Below are positions 37,599 to 45,365 of a stretch of DNA of 63,541 nucleotides, piece by piece. The translations under genes were made by a program, and so were the position numbers. Source of the stretch: a virus. The notes under the pieces are model-generated. The model saw nothing but the letters and a program-made list of their open reading frames with translations. It searched no databases and had not been told where the DNA came from. Location: the IMG/VR virus record IMGVR_UViG_3300045391_003833, positions 1 through 63,541 of that record. The stretch is one strand, 5' to 3'. Positions within the stretch are counted from its first letter, which is position 1. Every line of letters starts with the position of its first letter.

Positions 37599-37793
37599 AT
37601 GTTAGTTTTAAGCAGGATGGTAGGACAAGGAGTTACTTTAAATCTTCCCAATGGGGAAACGGTTAAGCTCAAGATATTGACTTACAAAGGTCCCCATACC
37701 CAAATCGGGATCATTGCCCCGAAATCCGTCATTATTCTAAGGGACGAACTAGTGAAACAACACGAAAATTATTCCCAGGGAATAAATGCTTGA
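37599..37793 (+). CDS. csrA: CsrA/RsmA-family RNA-binding translational regulator homologue (64 aa)
   Basis: MLVLSRMVGQGVTL...TQIGIIAPKSVIILRDEL aligns with remembered E. coli CsrA MLILTRRVGETLMIG...VRIGVNAPKEVSVHREEI, including the GxxxIGIxAP core and the critical Arg. SD aaaggagacaaggaATG. Confidence 0.85.
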   Translation: MLVLSRMVGQGVTLNLPNGETVKLKILTYKGPHTQIGIIAPKSVIILRDELVKQHENYSQGINA

Positions 37794-37818
37794 CAAGGCT
37801 CTAGCGTATGTACATACT
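37790..37818 (+). promoter_or_regulatory. Phage promoter P3 (TTGACA-17-CATACT) containing the palindrome GTATGTACATAC
   Basis: TTGACA 37790-37795 overlaps the csrA TGA stop; CATACT 37813-37818. Followed by the leader hairpin AAAGTG-6-CACTTT at 37820-37837. Confidence 0.65.
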
Positions 37819-37837
37819 TAAAGTGTAACTGCACTTT

Positions 37838-38092
37838 ATGGGGGATATGGAAATGGAGAATGTTACACCGTTGTATGGAGTTGAGATATCGAGACATGAG
37901 CAAAAGATAATTCATGATGCTCTGGATATGATCGACAATATCGTTACAGAAAGACTACTAATAATGAAGAGAATGAGAATAAGTAACAAGGTTGACTTCT
38001 ATGATTTACTCTCGAGAGAGATTGCGGATTTATTTGACGAAGCGTGGCATCGCTATTTCAAATTAATTTCTCAGGAGGTGAATCATGTGTAA
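37838..38092 (+). CDS. hypothetical protein (84 aa or slightly shorter; alternative ATGs at 37847 and 37853)
   Basis: ORF track; first gene after P3. Confidence 0.5.
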   Translation: MGDMEMENVTPLYGVEISRHEQKIIHDALDMIDNIVTERLLIMKRMRISNKVDFYDLLSREIADLFDEAWHRYFKLISQEVNHV

Positions 38093-38223
38093 TGGGTTAA
38101 GGGTTTTGTATTTTGTATGTGGGGTAGTTCTAATAGGTATCTCTGTATTAGGCTTTGAAAAACCTAATCCATATGATGATCTATTTAACGTAAACATCTC
38201 TTCTTTAGAAGAGTAAGGCGTCT

Positions 38224-38715
38224 TTACATTGCCTGCAACGCAAAGGTAATTTCGTTGCAGGTATGTTTCAAAGATGTTAGGTCTTCTTGATCTGCGTATC
38301 CGGCTGAAAATACCTCATTATCAATTTTTTCCTGAAATTCTTTCCAAATTTTGTATCCAATCTCAACAGCTTGCTCTCCAAGTTCTGTCAATGAATAACA
38401 CTTGCCAATTAAATAAGTCTTTCTTCCTTCTTCTTCCTTCAAGATATTCACAAACCCTGATTTTTGCAAAAGCTTCATATTACGCATTACCGTTGTGCGC
38501 ATTTGCCCTGTAGTTTTACAAAAATCACGCCTCTGGATCCCAGAATATCCCTTTACAGCCATCAACATAAACAACTGCGAATAGCATATCTTCAGACCAG
38601 CCTCGGCCAGCTTCGCATCATAAAAAGCTGTAATCACTCTTGATAGTTTTCTGACATAATTAGCATGAGAATTATCTAGGAAATCCTTTATTTCTGAATC
38701 GACCATTGTGTACAT
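38224..38715 (-). CDS. MarR-family winged-helix transcription regulator
   Basis: Pattern LFMLMAVKGYSGIQRRDFCKTTGQMRTTVMRNMKLLQKSGFVNILKEEEGRKTYL is a typical MarR wHTH. Start is uncertain (38715, 38706 or 38751). A GTATGTAC motif overlaps the 5' end. Confidence 0.7.
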   Translation of the reverse strand: MYTMVDSEIKDFLDNSHANYVRKLSRVITAFYDAKLAEAGLKICYSQLFMLMAVKGYSGIQRRDFCKTTGQMRTTVMRNMKLLQKSGFVNILKEEEGRKTYLIGKCYSLTELGEQAVEIGYKIWKEFQEKIDNEVFSAGYADQEDLTSLKHTCNEITFALQAM

Positions 38716-38797
38716 ACACCTCCATGAGTTTATTGGATGACATTTTACCATACTTAGGATAAAATGCTTACTTGTATATTTTTACACGGATGTTTCA

Positions 38798-39253
38798 GTG
38801 GTTGTAAGAAGAACCAGGGTTTGGCGAATAAAGAAAGCTCCTTCTTTAAGGAGAAAGCGCGCTCATCCAGAACAAGACATGCAGGTACGTTTCTTTGCGT
38901 GGCTTGCCACCTATAACCCGGAGATTTACAAGGTAGCATGGCATACCCCAAACCAAGGCAGAAGTGCTCAGGAAGGGGCTAAATTAAAGCTTATGGGTGT
39001 AAAGGCCGGCGTTCCTGACATCTTCGTTGCGGTCCCTTTTAACTCTTTATTGGGAAAGGATGAAAATTATTCCTTGGCAATAGGCTCTTATCCAGGTTTA
39101 TTTCTGGAGCTAAAATCAGATAAAGGAAGTTTATCTGACAGTCAAAAGTTAATGCTCGATAATCTTGGTAGGCGTGGGTTTATGTGCTGTACAGCTAATA
39201 CCCTAGAAAAAGCCAAGCAAATCATAAGAAACTGCTATGGGGGAATGGAGTGA
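38798..39253 (+). CDS. VRR-NUC domain nuclease (PD-(D/E)xK)
   Basis: EQDMQVRFFAWL..., GVKAGVPDIFV, GLFLELKSDKGSLSDSQ and L..RGF...ANTLEKAKQII match the VRR-NUC layout. Confidence 0.75.
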   Translation: MVVRRTRVWRIKKAPSLRRKRAHPEQDMQVRFFAWLATYNPEIYKVAWHTPNQGRSAQEGAKLKLMGVKAGVPDIFVAVPFNSLLGKDENYSLAIGSYPGLFLELKSDKGSLSDSQKLMLDNLGRRGFMCCTANTLEKAKQIIRNCYGGME

Positions 39254-39753
39254 ACTTTAAGCAATTTTCAGATCACGTTATAAGACCCACTCTTATCAGC
39301 CTTTCAACTTATACTCTAAAGTCTTATTTTTCGGAAAATGCTATCGCTCTTCTATTAGCTACTATGGCTCAAGAGTCACAGGGAGAATATCTCATTCAAC
39401 AAGGTGGACCAGCCGTTGGACTGTTTCAAATGGAGCCTGCTACTTTCCATAGTCTTTGGAAGAACGAAATAGAGGGAAAACCTATTCAAAATCACTTAGC
39501 TAAGGTATGTAACTTTTCAAGAACTCCGATTGCCGAAGACATGATTTACAACCTAAAGCTAGCTGTGGCAATCGCTCGAATTTTTTATTGGAATATTGAA
39601 GAGCCTCTTCCAAGTTATCGTGATGCTGAAGGGATTTGGAAGTACTACAAGAAGTATTGGAACACTGAGAAAGGTGAAGCAACGAGGGAGCAGTTCATGG
39701 AGAACTACAACAGGTATTGTAAGGGACTATATGACGGAAAAGAAAATAGGTAA
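39250..39753 (+). CDS. Lytic transglycosylase (SLT)-like lysozyme, candidate endolysin
   Basis: ATMAQESQGEYLIQQGGPAVGLFQMEPATF carries the E-S...GLxQ SLT signature. Confidence 0.6.
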   Translation: MNFKQFSDHVIRPTLISLSTYTLKSYFSENAIALLLATMAQESQGEYLIQQGGPAVGLFQMEPATFHSLWKNEIEGKPIQNHLAKVCNFSRTPIAEDMIYNLKLAVAIARIFYWNIEEPLPSYRDAEGIWKYYKKYWNTEKGEATREQFMENYNRYCKGLYDGKENR

Positions 39754-40258
39754 GATTTGGATTAACGGAAAGCTCGTATACTATCCAGACTATTTAAAAG
39801 AGGCTTGTAAGCCTCCAAAGAGACGCAAGAGAAAAAAGAAGGGCGATAAGAACGATAAAAGATTCATCCATGGCATGGGCTCTAAAAAAAGAGGGGTAAC
39901 TCCCACTTATTGGACCTGGCAAAAGATAAAGAATTACTACATGTTTAAGAAAAGAACCACAGGGATTGACCGACCATTTCATCCTGCATGGCTGGAAGAT
40001 AAAACCGGTTTCTTGAACTTCTTACAAGACATGGGAGAGAAGCCATCCCGAAGTCACAAGCTCAGATTGCTTGTCAAGAATGACGGACATATTCCTGGGA
40101 ATTGTATTTGGAAAGAATGTGGTAAGGTGTCTATTATCTGCCGGGTGTGTGGAGTTGAGTTTGTGAAATGGCGTTCAAAGAGAGACCTTGCAAAATATTG
40201 CAGTAATAAATGCAAGAGGGAAAGAAATCCTTTTAAAAAGCGTCCTCTCCCTCAATAA
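39731..40258 (+). CDS. Homing-endonuclease-like DNA-binding protein with C-terminal zinc ribbon
   Basis: HGMG..TPTYWTWQKIK...FLNFLQDMGEKPS.SHKL.LLVKNDGHIPGNCIW resembles a widespread phage family usually annotated as HNH/homing-endonuclease-like. CRVCG...CSNKC is also present. Confidence 0.45.
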   Translation: MTEKKIGKIWINGKLVYYPDYLKEACKPPKRRKRKKKGDKNDKRFIHGMGSKKRGVTPTYWTWQKIKNYYMFKKRTTGIDRPFHPAWLEDKTGFLNFLQDMGEKPSRSHKLRLLVKNDGHIPGNCIWKECGKVSIICRVCGVEFVKWRSKRDLAKYCSNKCKRERNPFKKRPLPQ

Positions 40259-40260
40259 GG

Positions 40261-40473
40261 TTACTTTTTGTTCGCTTTACTTTTAGCCAGTACTTCTGAA
40301 ATATCATCAGAAAACTTTTTAGCCCAAGTATCTCTTTCTTCTTTAGGGATCTCTTCTAAATAAGCATAGATAAATGCGGCTATATTTTGAGAAATGACTT
40401 CCATTGATTTCCCATTAAAGGCATCCACCACACCTTCAAATGCGTGAAATATTTCTATATCCTCTTGGTTCAT
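40261..40473 (-). CDS. hypothetical protein (70 aa)
   Basis: ORF trimmed to MNQEDIEIF, with SD AAAGGGGAG. Confidence 0.5.
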   Translation of the reverse strand: MNQEDIEIFHAFEGVVDAFNGKSMEVISQNIAAFIYAYLEEIPKEERDTWAKKFSDDISEVLAKSKANKK

Positions 40474-40489
40474 GATCTCCCCTTTATAC

Positions 40490-41347
40490 TTACTTAACCA
40501 CTTGTAAGGGCGTGGGTTGTTTGCTTTTAAGAAAAGCAATCATCTTACTACCTTGTTCTTGACTTAAAGCTGACAGCTCTAACACGTTTGCACTGGTAAG
40601 ACATTTTGCAATCCATTCCTCAGAATTTGGCGTTCTAGCAATAAGATTTTGGAGTTCTGCTAAGCTTTCTTCCGAAATCAATTCTAAGGGGACTGATTTA
40701 CCCAGGTCTTTACGATAGAGCCCATCGAGCATCTTGTAGTTAAAGTCTATCTCTTCTCCTGTTGGCATGCTGGAGATTCTTGATTTCTTTATGACTCCTA
40801 CGTATCTCTTGTTTTCAATCTTAGTTTCTATTACTAAGTCAAATATATAGTCAAGCTTTTTATAGGCATCAAACGTGGTGCCAATAACCGACATTTCTTT
40901 GCCATACTCTTTTTTAGAGTGGGAAGTGATTATTACATTCATATCTATGCGTAAAAGTAAGTCTAACAATCGTTCGAAGGACTTATTCAGCTCTCCGTAA
41001 TGCTTGTTAAAGCGATTGTCAAACTTCTTAGAGCACGCGTCTAACAGATTGGAATAAATGGAAGTGATTGGATCTATAATGATCGTCTCAAAATCATGCT
41101 GCTCAGTGGCTAGCGCTTTAACCTGATCGTACAAATCTTCAAAATCTCTTGTCTGATAAACCACACTGTTGTTCTTTGTCAGTACGTCAACATATTGTTG
41201 ATGTTCTGCGCCTTTTTCAGTATCTATGTAATATGCATTTGGAAATTGGATACAACAAGAAGTCTTGCCGGTTCCAGAACTGCCGTAAAAGAAAGCTTTT
41301 AGGCGCTTTTTGGTAAGAGTAGGGGCTTTTCCTTTAAGTTTAGACAT
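40490..41347 (-). CDS. AAA_24/Sak4-like RecA-fold ATPase (recombination/replication)
   Basis: Walker A FYGSSGTGKTS followed by YIDTEKG; Walker B-like IIIDPI. Trimmed to MSKLKGK, with SD AAGGAG. Confidence 0.7.
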   Translation of the reverse strand: MSKLKGKAPTLTKKRLKAFFYGSSGTGKTSCCIQFPNAYYIDTEKGAEHQQYVDVLTKNNSVVYQTRDFEDLYDQVKALATEQHDFETIIIDPITSIYSNLLDACSKKFDNRFNKHYGELNKSFERLLDLLLRIDMNVIITSHSKKEYGKEMSVIGTTFDAYKKLDYIFDLVIETKIENKRYVGVIKKSRISSMPTGEEIDFNYKMLDGLYRKDLGKSVPLELISEESLAELQNLIARTPNSEEWIAKCLTSANVLELSALSQEQGSKMIAFLKSKQPTPLQVVK

Positions 41348-41382
41348 ACCTAGTATCTCCTTAAACAAATAAAAAATAAAAC

Positions 41383-41411
41383 TTGACAACGTATGTAGGA
41401 GCATACATACT
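41383..41411 (+). promoter_or_regulatory. Rightward early promoter P4 (TTGACA-17-CATACT) with operator-like GTATGTA-6-TACATAC
   Basis: TTGACA 41383-41388, CATACT 41406-41411. Inverted repeat 41391-41397 / 41404-41410. Confidence 0.65.
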
Positions 41412-41428
41412 TTAAAAACATTTGTCAA
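41400..41428 (-). promoter_or_regulatory. Leftward promoter (TTGACA-17-TATGCT on the minus strand) interleaved with P4
   Basis: The reverse complement reads TTGACAaatgtttttaaagtatgTATGCT. Its -10 abuts the -10 of P4. Confidence 0.55.
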
Positions 41429-41461
41429 GTAGTAGTGGTTGTAGAATGGTTGGAGAGGGTA

Positions 41462-41671
41462 ATGAAAAAAGAAATTAAGATGAGATATTGTGTGTTTATG
41501 GATCCGAATATGAAAAAGGAGGTAGATAAGCTATGTGACATAATCAGACGAGATCCGCGGGAGATCGTGCAGTATGATTTTGACTCAGATCTTAATTTAT
41601 CTTTTATGGTACGCTTGTTTGTCCGTGAAGGGCTAGACAAGTATTTTGAAAAGTATGGAAGGAGAAAGTAA
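41462..41671 (+). CDS. Putative ribbon-helix-helix (CopG/Arc-like) regulator, first rightward gene
   Basis: MRYCVFMDPNMKKEVDKLCD beta-strand plus helix pattern; SD GGAGAGGG. Confidence 0.4.
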   Translation: MKKEIKMRYCVFMDPNMKKEVDKLCDIIRRDPREIVQYDFDSDLNLSFMVRLFVREGLDKYFEKYGRRK

Positions 41672-42127
41672 ATGCGATTTGAGTATGAAGAAAATCCAGC
41701 CCCAGATGGTCAATACAAAAACAAGATATTGGCTCCTGGTAAAGCTAGATATGTAGTGGAGACAGCAATTGAGGCTATCTCAAAAAGCTCTGGTAAGCCC
41801 ATGATTGAGTTGACGTTAAACGTTACAGACCAGCTAGGCGAAACCGGGAAGGTATGGGTATATCTCATGCATAATAACCCAGGAAGAATCAAGGCTTTCT
41901 TAGAGTCTGCTGGGCGATCTTCTCTATACAATTCCTCTGCGGAATTAAGAGACAGAGACCTGCCTGGATTACGTGGAGAATGTGAGATAAAGACGCAATA
42001 CTCTACCAATCCACAATATGGGGACAAGACAGTTGTAGATCACTTTATTGTCAATCCAACAGCAGGTGCTACTACAAGTATGCGACTGGATAGTAACCCT
42101 TCTGTCCATGACGATGTTCCGTTTTAA
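41672..42127 (+). CDS. DUF669-like protein (usual partner of Sak4/AAA_24)
   Basis: APGKARYVVETAIEAISKSSGKPMIELTLNV...GKVWVYL pattern and its genomic association. Confidence 0.5.
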   Translation: MRFEYEENPAPDGQYKNKILAPGKARYVVETAIEAISKSSGKPMIELTLNVTDQLGETGKVWVYLMHNNPGRIKAFLESAGRSSLYNSSAELRDRDLPGLRGECEIKTQYSTNPQYGDKTVVDHFIVNPTAGATTSMRLDSNPSVHDDVPF

Positions 42128-42196
42128 AATCTAAATCCCAAAGTTAAGCCACGTAAGTTATTACATGGTTTAACTTTGCTTAAAAAAGGTAAAAGT

Positions 42197-42637
42197 ATGA
42201 AAAAAAATAGTAAAAAGAAAGGCAAAAGCCTCCACACAAGAGAATGTCGACGCCATGGAGTGTTATCTATTGATAACTTCTACAAGTGTCATCATCCAGA
42301 TGGAGGATATATCTATAAGTGCAAGCATTGCGCTAAAGATAGCTACATTCGGAACAAAAAATATATCTTAGAGTATGCAAGATGGTATTCTAACAGATAT
42401 TATAAACGGAACAAAGAAAAAATATTAAAAAAAGCTCGTGAGGAATATAGGAGAAATGGTAGTAAGCGAATGGAATATTATATAAATAACCGTGAAAAGT
42501 ACTTAGAAAGAGCTAAGAGATATTATAAGACGAATCTTGAGTATCACCGCAAACGTGCTCGGCTTTACTATTGGAGAAACAAAGAAAGACTTTTAAAGCA
42601 AATGAAGAAGTACAGAGAAAGAAATAAGAGAGGGTAA
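42197..42637 (+). CDS. Basic zinc-finger protein with Tyr/Arg/Lys-rich helical repeats
   Basis: CRRHG..CHHPDG..CKHC, then repeats NKEKILKKAREEYRRN / NREKYLERAKRYYKTN / NKERLLKQMKKYRERN. Confidence 0.5.
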   Translation: MKKNSKKKGKSLHTRECRRHGVLSIDNFYKCHHPDGGYIYKCKHCAKDSYIRNKKYILEYARWYSNRYYKRNKEKILKKAREEYRRNGSKRMEYYINNREKYLERAKRYYKTNLEYHRKRARLYYWRNKERLLKQMKKYRERNKRG

Positions 42638-42642
42638 AAGAT

Positions 42643-42719
42643 TGGTCAAGGTGGTGGGATTTGAACTCACGGCCCTCTGCTCCCAAAGCAGATGCTCTAC
42701 CAGGCTGAGCTACACCCTG
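42643..42719 (-). tRNA. tRNA-Pro (anticodon UGG), CCA encoded
   Basis: Manual cloverleaf on the reverse complement: CAGGGTG/TA/GCTC-AGCCTGGTA-GAGC/A/TCTGC-TTTGGGA-GCAGA/GGGCC/GTGAG-TTCAAAT-CCCAC/CACCTTG/A/CCA. There is one A-C mismatch in the T stem. Confidence 0.8.
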
Positions 42720-42729
42720 ATATGCGACT

Positions 42730-42760
42730 GATAGGGTGAATGAGTTACAAACACCCTATC
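42730..42760. other. 9-bp perfect hairpin GATAGGGTG-13 nt-CACCCTATC next to tRNA-Pro
   Basis: Read directly. Followed by TTTC on the + strand, so at most a weak terminator. Confidence 0.5.
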
Positions 42761-42847
42761 TTTCGCCACTCAACATTAGCTTAATTTAAGGAGAAATTAA
42801 GTAAGGGTAGTGTAACATGGATTTTTGAAGAATAAAAGGGGGATTGA

Positions 42848-43117
42848 ATGAGTAATTACTTAGAAGATAAGCACCTTTCGTGGAAGGCAAAGGGGATGTT
42901 GGCGTTTCTTTTGAGCTTGCCTGAAGAAGAGAGATCTAAAATAAGGGTAAACTGGGTCTCTAAACAATCAATTGGCGGAGAAGGAATAGCGAAAAGCTGT
43001 ATTAAAGAATTAATTAATAATGGCTATTTGAAAAAAATAGCCCAAATAGGAGAAAAAGGCAGGTTTGCTGGTTATGTAACTATTATTTCTGCAATTCGAG
43101 ATAATTTAAGAGAATAA
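42848..43117 (+). CDS. Winged-helix DNA-binding protein (HTH_36-like, replication-organiser N-terminal type)
   Basis: LSWKAKGMLAFLLSLPEE...IKELINNGYLKK pattern. Confidence 0.5.
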   Translation: MSNYLEDKHLSWKAKGMLAFLLSLPEEERSKIRVNWVSKQSIGGEGIAKSCIKELINNGYLKKIAQIGEKGRFAGYVTIISAIRDNLRE

Positions 43118-43214
43118 ATATTTTGCGTTACCTACATTATCTGATATTCTATGTTGTCGACAATTCACCGCTAGGGGCGTAATGGACTTTTTTTGACCTA
43201 CAAGGGGAAGGAAA

Positions 43215-44357
43215 TTGAGTAGAATTAGAACTGTGAAGCCAGAATTTTGGTCTTCTCCACAAGTTGTTTCGTGTTCGAGAAATGCGAGATTATTATTCAT
43301 AGGTTTGTGGAATTTTTGCGATGACAGAGGAATTCACACTAAAGATTACATGAGAATTAAGATGGAAGTGTTTCCATCAGACAATTTTAAGGAAAAAAAC
43401 ATCGTAAAGTTGATAGACGAACTCATAAAAAATAAGTTAGTAGAAGAATATGAAGTTGATGGTCAGTTTTATTTCAAAGTATGTAGCTGGGAAAAACACC
43501 AGAAGATTGATCGGCCGACCTATCGTTATCCATATCCATTTTCACCCAAAAATGAACAAAATTCGACGAGTCCTCGACGAGCATTCGACGAGTCCTCGAC
43601 GAGCATTCGACGAGCATTCGACGAGTCCTCGACTACGGAAGGGAATGGAAGGGAGTCGAATGGAGATGAAAACATAATCACTAACCTCAAACTAAATTCT
43701 GAAAATATCAGTAAAAATATCAATCAAGAAATAAATACATATGAAAAAAACAAGTGTTTTAAAAAAAATAATAAAAAAAGGGTCGTCGGCCGCGCTGAGC
43801 GCGGAGAGGAAAATCCTCATGTGTTAGAAGGCAAAATCATAGAAGGTTTTGTCGACAGTTCAACTGTGGTGGTTAGATCTGCATCAAAAGCACTCCAAGA
43901 AGGCGTCAAATCTGCGATTCTGGAGGTTTTTAAAGAATGGTCGCTACTACTGCATGCCGACTCTGAAATAAACGCTCAGAGAGAGAAAATTATTAGGGGT
44001 GCTTTGAGGCATAATTCAGTCGAAAAACTTAAGAAAGCAATTAGGGGATGTACGTTAACGCCGTTTTACATGGATCAAAATTTTACACAGCTGAAACACA
44101 TCCTCAAAGATCAAGACACAATCGACATGTTTGTCAAAAACGCTGACAAGCCACCACGAATACCAATTAATCCAAATAACAAAGATGCTGTTAGACATTC
44201 TGCTAACCAAGCTGCAAGGCAGGGGCATGAAGAGTTGAAAAGAAAATTAGATGAAAGAGCTGCAAGGCTCAGGGAGAAGGAGATTGGAGAGGAACGTAAT
44301 AGGAAGAAGGAGGAGTTAGATGCATCCGTATGCGGAGAAGTTGCCAGAATTGAATAA
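43215..44357 (+). CDS. Putative replication initiator (lambda O-like role) containing internal iterons
   Basis: TTG start with SD AAGGGGAAGGA. N-terminal IRTVKPEFWSSPQV...RLLFIGLWNFCDDRG is a phage replication-protein pattern. Lies upstream of a lambda P-like gene. Confidence 0.55.
   Translation: MSRIRTVKPEFWSSPQVVSCSRNARLLFIGLWNFCDDRGIHTKDYMRIKMEVFPSDNFKEKNIVKLIDELIKNKLVEEYEVDGQFYFKVCSWEKHQKIDRPTYRYPYPFSPKNEQNSTSPRRAFDESSTSIRRAFDESSTTEGNGRESNGDENIITNLKLNSENISKNINQEINTYEKNKCFKKNNKKRVVGRAERGEENPHVLEGKIIEGFVDSSTVVVRSASKALQEGVKSAILEVFKEWSLLLHADSEINAQREKIIRGALRHNSVEKLKKAIRGCTLTPFYMDQNFTQLKHILKDQDTIDMFVKNADKPPRIPINPNNKDAVRHSANQAARQGHEELKRKLDERAARLREKEIGEERNRKKEELDASVCGEVARIE
43563..43633. repeat. 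Seven TCGACGAG repeats phased at exactly 11 bp (candidate origin iterons)
   Basis: TCGACGAG at 43563, 43574, 43585, 43596, 43607 and 43618, plus TCGAC at 43629. An A/T-rich tract and a GC hairpin (CCGCGC-TGA-GCGCGG) follow. Confidence 0.8.
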
Positions 44358-44808
44358 TGCTCCATTGAATACAATTTGTGATAGTAAGAATCGATTGACT
44401 ATGTTTGAAGATATAGATCAAGAATTGGTTTCTGAATATGTAGTAGGCAAATTAGCGGGGTATTATGGTGGATATAAACATTTTTGGGAAGATCCACGAG
44501 ATAGAGAAATGATCATGCAAGCGTGGAAGTTAGGTATAAATGATCTGACTCCTAGACAAGTATTTGCAGGGCTTTATAGGATTATTAGTGGAGATCCTTC
44601 GTTTGTTTGGAGCCCGCCGAAACATGTGATTGCTTTTAAGTTTGTGTGTTTAGATAGCACGATTGCTGATGAGATATTGGATAAAGATCTGAGGTTAGAA
44701 TATAATCCTATGCGTTCGTCAGATGAAGTGACGTCAGAAAATTTGAAGAAGTTAAGAGGGATGTTGTGTGAGGCGATGTCTCCATTGCAATTGGTGAAAA
44801 AGGAGTGA
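44320..44808 (+). CDS. Lambda P-like replication protein (helicase loader)
   Basis: QAWKLGINDLTPRQVFAGLYRIISGDPSFVWSPPKHVIAFKFVC parallels remembered lambda P RQWVLAFRENGITTMEQVNAGMRVARRQNRPFLPSPGQFVAWC. Strong SD AAGGAGGAG. Confidence 0.6.
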   Translation: MHPYAEKLPELNNAPLNTICDSKNRLTMFEDIDQELVSEYVVGKLAGYYGGYKHFWEDPRDREMIMQAWKLGINDLTPRQVFAGLYRIISGDPSFVWSPPKHVIAFKFVCLDSTIADEILDKDLRLEYNPMRSSDEVTSENLKKLRGMLCEAMSPLQLVKKE

Positions 44809-44813
44809 AGGGA

Positions 44814-45152
44814 ATGGAAAGATATATTGCTGAGATTGGTAAGTACTATTCAATATTAGATTTTCAAACTAATGTTCCTGGAGCTGGGAGTTGTTCGTGT
44901 GGGGTTAGTAATACGAGGTGTGAGATGAAAAAAGATACTTCTTACAAGAAATCGATAGAGTTTACTATGGATGAGATTAGATGGATTGATCAGCATTTTG
45001 GATTATGGATGTGTGGGCAAATTAACAAAAAGGATTGTTTACATGAGGAATTGGCAGACCAAGAATATGCTGATAGAGTAGGGCAAAAGGCTCTGAAGAG
45101 AATTAAGAGAGCATTGTATCCAATGTTTGTACCACCTGTGGATGGGAAGTAA
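44814..45152 (+). CDS. hypothetical protein (112 aa)
   Basis: ORF trimmed to the ATG after SD AAGGAG. Shares the (I/F)xFT(M/L)(D/E)E motif with 45165 and 45665. Confidence 0.5.
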   Translation: MERYIAEIGKYYSILDFQTNVPGAGSCSCGVSNTRCEMKKDTSYKKSIEFTMDEIRWIDQHFGLWMCGQINKKDCLHEELADQEYADRVGQKALKRIKRALYPMFVPPVDGK

Positions 45153-45164
45153 GGAGTGAAGTAA

Positions 45165-45365
45165 ATGAAGAAGCGAAAAGATAAGTCAGAGTTGAAAAGC
45201 ATACGGTTTACATTGGATGAGTTATGTTTGATTAAGAATCATGTTAAAAGAGAAATAGGCGAAGACAAAGCTTTTGAAGGAATGATGGGATATGAAAGGG
45301 AAGACGATGAATATGCGGAAGAACTAGCTAAAAGTGTTGTGAGAAAAATACAGAATGAGGTATAA
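45165..45365 (+). CDS. hypothetical protein (66 aa)
   Basis: ORF track; IRFTLDELCLIKNHV motif. Confidence 0.5.
   Translation: MKKRKDKSELKSIRFTLDELCLIKNHVKREIGEDKAFEGMMGYEREDDEYAEELAKSVVRKIQNEV

Noticed and set aside
43450-43723. Track ORFs 43450..43677 (+) and 43526..43723 (-) overlapping the initiator gene
   Set aside because: They are alternative-frame readings of the 11-bp repeat array inside the 380-aa initiator ORF. They have no independent SD sequences and look like artefacts of the repeat.
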